From: Octopus vulgaris
Lineage: Eukaryota
Direction of reading: 5' to 3'
NCBI GenBank assembly: GCA_951406725.2
Contig: OX597833.1
Span: 23,932,001-23,996,000 of the forward strand
Length of the DNA: 64,000 nucleotides
Part shown: in pieces, positions 63,846-64,000 of the stretch
Layout of the letters: each line of letters begins with the position of its first letter
Position numbering within the stretch: position 1 is the stretch's first letter
Notes under the pieces: generated by a model
Database searches by the model: none
What the model was told of the DNA's origin: nothing
Seen by the model: only the letters and a program-made list of their open reading frames with translations
Position numbers and translations under genes: made by a program

Positions 63846-64000
63846 CGGTATATTTGCTACTACTACTACGCGCTAGACGTACGGAAAGATAAAAAAAAAA
63901 AAGGAAAGCGGCAGCGGCCCCCGACAGGAGGCCGGCGCCGCGCGACGGAAAAAAATAAAATGAGATTCGAAGGCGTCGACAGCGGAACGAAGCGCGCCAC

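Overview
Eukaryotic window, most likely a coleoid cephalopod (octopus-like; inferred from the SINE families and a ~2.65-kb, GC-expanded 18S), that captures the edge of a 45S rDNA array. Bases 1-9206 are AT-rich, CpG-poor flank containing tRNA-derived SINEs, microsatellites and a decayed, internally deleted RTE-clade LINE on the minus strand. From 9207 to the end the sequence is GC/CpG-rich rDNA transcribed on the minus strand, i.e. towards the flank. It begins with a scrambled terminal zone (ITS1, 18S, 5'ETS, 28S and 18S pieces joined at 4-7 bp microhomologies). Two complete units follow (promoter-to-promoter spacing 17,766 and 18,354 bp), then a third unit cut by the window end. Each intergenic spacer (IGS) has one gene promoter, four spacer-promoter duplicates, ~190-bp subrepeats and a near-perfect 141-bp tandem array. 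Most striking: next to the 141-bp array every unit carries degenerate tandem copies of the 28S helix-69 / R2-R1 retrotransposon target region, with a 36-bp deletion ending at the canonical R2 cut site, and the 141-bp array appears to derive from these copies. No intact protein-coding gene is supported; the ORFs inside the rDNA are GC/repeat artefacts. Coordinates were read by eye and rRNA ends may be off by a few bases.
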